DNA of 64,000 nt from NCBI GenBank assembly GCA_976226885.1, contig OZ320316.1, positions 81,282,001 through 81,346,000 of the forward strand, given 5' to 3'. Positions 62,020 to 64,000 of this stretch are shown piece after piece. Every line of letters starts with the position of its first letter. The stretch's first letter is position 1. Origin of the DNA: Iphione sp. A-MEVVRFRX5. Lineage: Eukaryota. The position numbers were made by a program, and so were the translations under genes. The notes beneath the pieces were generated by a model that had not been told where the DNA came from, did not search any database, and saw only the letters and a program-made list of their open reading frames with translations.

Positions 62020-64000
62020 GTACAATAGGCGCTAGAGCCATTCTCATCCCAGACCCGTTCACCAGTCCTATCATGCATTCACCCACTCCATTGTTTCATG
62101 ATCTACATTCATCCTTCCTCGACTACATAATCACATGCATATAGCCATGCTCCAACCATACCCTCCTCTATTCCACAATGATCACTTTCTTTTGCCATAT
62201 CATGCCCTAGCTTTCACTTCCTCAGGTAGCTTGGTCCAACGTACTACACCTTTGTACCTGAGCAAGTTAGCATAACTTGTTGACTTAGGTCAATTAACCT
62301 TGCATCTCCAGGTCTTACCCTGATGGGTGTTTGTGACCCCCTCGTTAGGTAACAAACCTAGATACATTAAACAATGGATCACCGGTAGTGCCCTGTTCTC
62401 AACAGTGTCTGGCACCCTAACTATACCCACTTTCCTTTGGAATTCATTAGGCTCTGCCTTTCATTATTCATTAGTGCACCACTGACACACTTTTTTAATT
62501 GCACTTCAATTCTGATTATGTCAGAGGGGCTTAGTCCATATAATAGTGTAGCAAAATACTCCGGATTAGTTAGGACTGAGCTTTTAAAGAGCATTAGCCA
62601 TGCCTGCAGTGGCAATTTGAGTTTAACTCTGAATATCTTTATTGAAGCTGACCACATTTTCTTAAAGATCACCTTAATAGTATCTTTGAACTTTAATCTT
62701 ACATCCAGCAGATACCCTAATAGTTTGGTACTTGTCATAGTACCCGATTTCTCTCCTCCTATCATTAGGTCTAGGTCCAAGCCAGAAGCCTTTCCCAGGG
62801 GGATATGGGCACACTTTCTCACACTCAGTAGTAGACCAATTTGCTACCCTAGTGATCGCTGTCTCCACCTGGCTCCTTAGTCTCAACAGGTCCTTTGCTC
62901 TTACTAAAAGCGTCACATTGCCAGCATACAATACAGCTGATGTGCTGATAGGAATGTTCCTTGTTATTGTGTTCACCACAGAATGAAACCAAGCGGACAA
63001 AACACTGATCTTTGAGGCACCCAGTGCCTAACTTGCATGGTGGAAGACTCCATGCCCTCACGCTGCATGTATAGGTGATGATCTGACAGATAACTCTTAA
63101 TCATCCTACTCAGCTTTTCACTTGCTCCAGCTAGTTCCAGTTCATGAAGCACATTTTCCCTGCTAACGAGGTCAAAGGCCCTTTCGCATATCTAACAATA
63201 TCAGGCATGCATACTCATTGTTGTTGAGGACTTCAAGGGCATCACACACTAGCTTTCCAAAGCCATGGTTTTGCAGAAGCCATGTTAGCTGTCACCCAAA
63301 TAATGTTTTTGCTCTAGCTGTGAAACAAGCTTCCTTCCAGGTCTCACATATCTTTCCTGGTAAGGCAAAATGCTCACAGGACAATAACTACCAAGAATAT
63401 TCCTGTCTCCCCTTTTAAATACTGGGCAGACCCTTGTGGTCTTCCAGCACCTAGGATATCTTCCAGTTTCATAGATCTCTTTAAGGATCCAAGTAAGAAA
63501 TTGTACATTTCTCATTAAGATCGGCTTAAATAGTTTAGTAGGTATGCCTACTGACCCTGATAACCTGTCAGTGTTCACCTTATGGACTATCTCTCTTACC
63601 CCCCTACTGAGTTGGATAAACTAGGTCAAGCATTTTCCCCCTGGCTATACACCTTGTAAGGGAGTACTGATCTCTTAGCAAGCGTCTCTACTTCCTGTAT
63701 GAAATGGGCATTGAAATCTTCAACTACATTGCCTGTACCTGCTTCTTTTACATCCCTTACATCAGGTGCCACAGTATCCCCCCTTTTCCTACCCATTAAG
63801 CTGTTAATTATGTCGCATAACTTGCACGTGTCTTTTCCTCCCTGACTTAACCTAGCGTGCCTGTAGACTTTCTCTTCATGCTTTCCTACCCGTTTTAATT
63901 TTTTGTTCAAGAATTTTAAAATTCTCAAATTGTCTATGCAACGATAGGTCTTCCACTTTTTAAGAAAGTAGGTATGGTCTGCTGCTAGTTCCCTATCCTC
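62020..64000 (-). mobile_element. Degenerate LINE (CR1/L2/Jockey-like) ORF2, running off the window
   Basis: GSVGIPTKL...GRYPRCWKTTRVCPVFKRGD...SYCPVSILP, YAGNVTL (YADD-like), LLGYLLDVRLKF and YKGVVRWTKLP across frameshifted ORFs 62421-63928. Confidence 0.88.

Overview
Eukaryotic (probably invertebrate animal) genomic DNA: AT-rich, with short GT-AG introns and many decayed transposons. There is no prokaryotic gene organisation and no CRISPR array. I can reconstruct three host genes, all on the + strand. (1) A spliced gene ending at 3500 whose product has a clear C-terminal ubiquitin-like domain and possibly two more divergent ubiquitin-like folds upstream. (2) A ten-exon, highly divergent tetraspanin at 7256-15464, invisible in the ORF track because its exons are short. 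(3) A TMEM200/DUF2371-family membrane protein in one large exon at 22237-23919, with a possible in-frame upstream exon. From about 24 kb to 64 kb I find no convincing intact host gene. That stretch holds a structurally complete but inactivated DIRS1-type tyrosine-recombinase retrotransposon (about 32185-36813, minus strand, with ITRs, ICR, gag, RT, RNase H, N6-adenine methyltransferase and a truncated recombinase). It also holds Gypsy and LINE remnants, several MITE families and minisatellites. All gene models were built by hand from splice signals and reading-frame phase and need RNA-seq confirmation. Nothing here proves a new biological system. The best leads are the multi-Ubl protein, the atypical tetraspanin, and the DIRS terminal and junction architecture.
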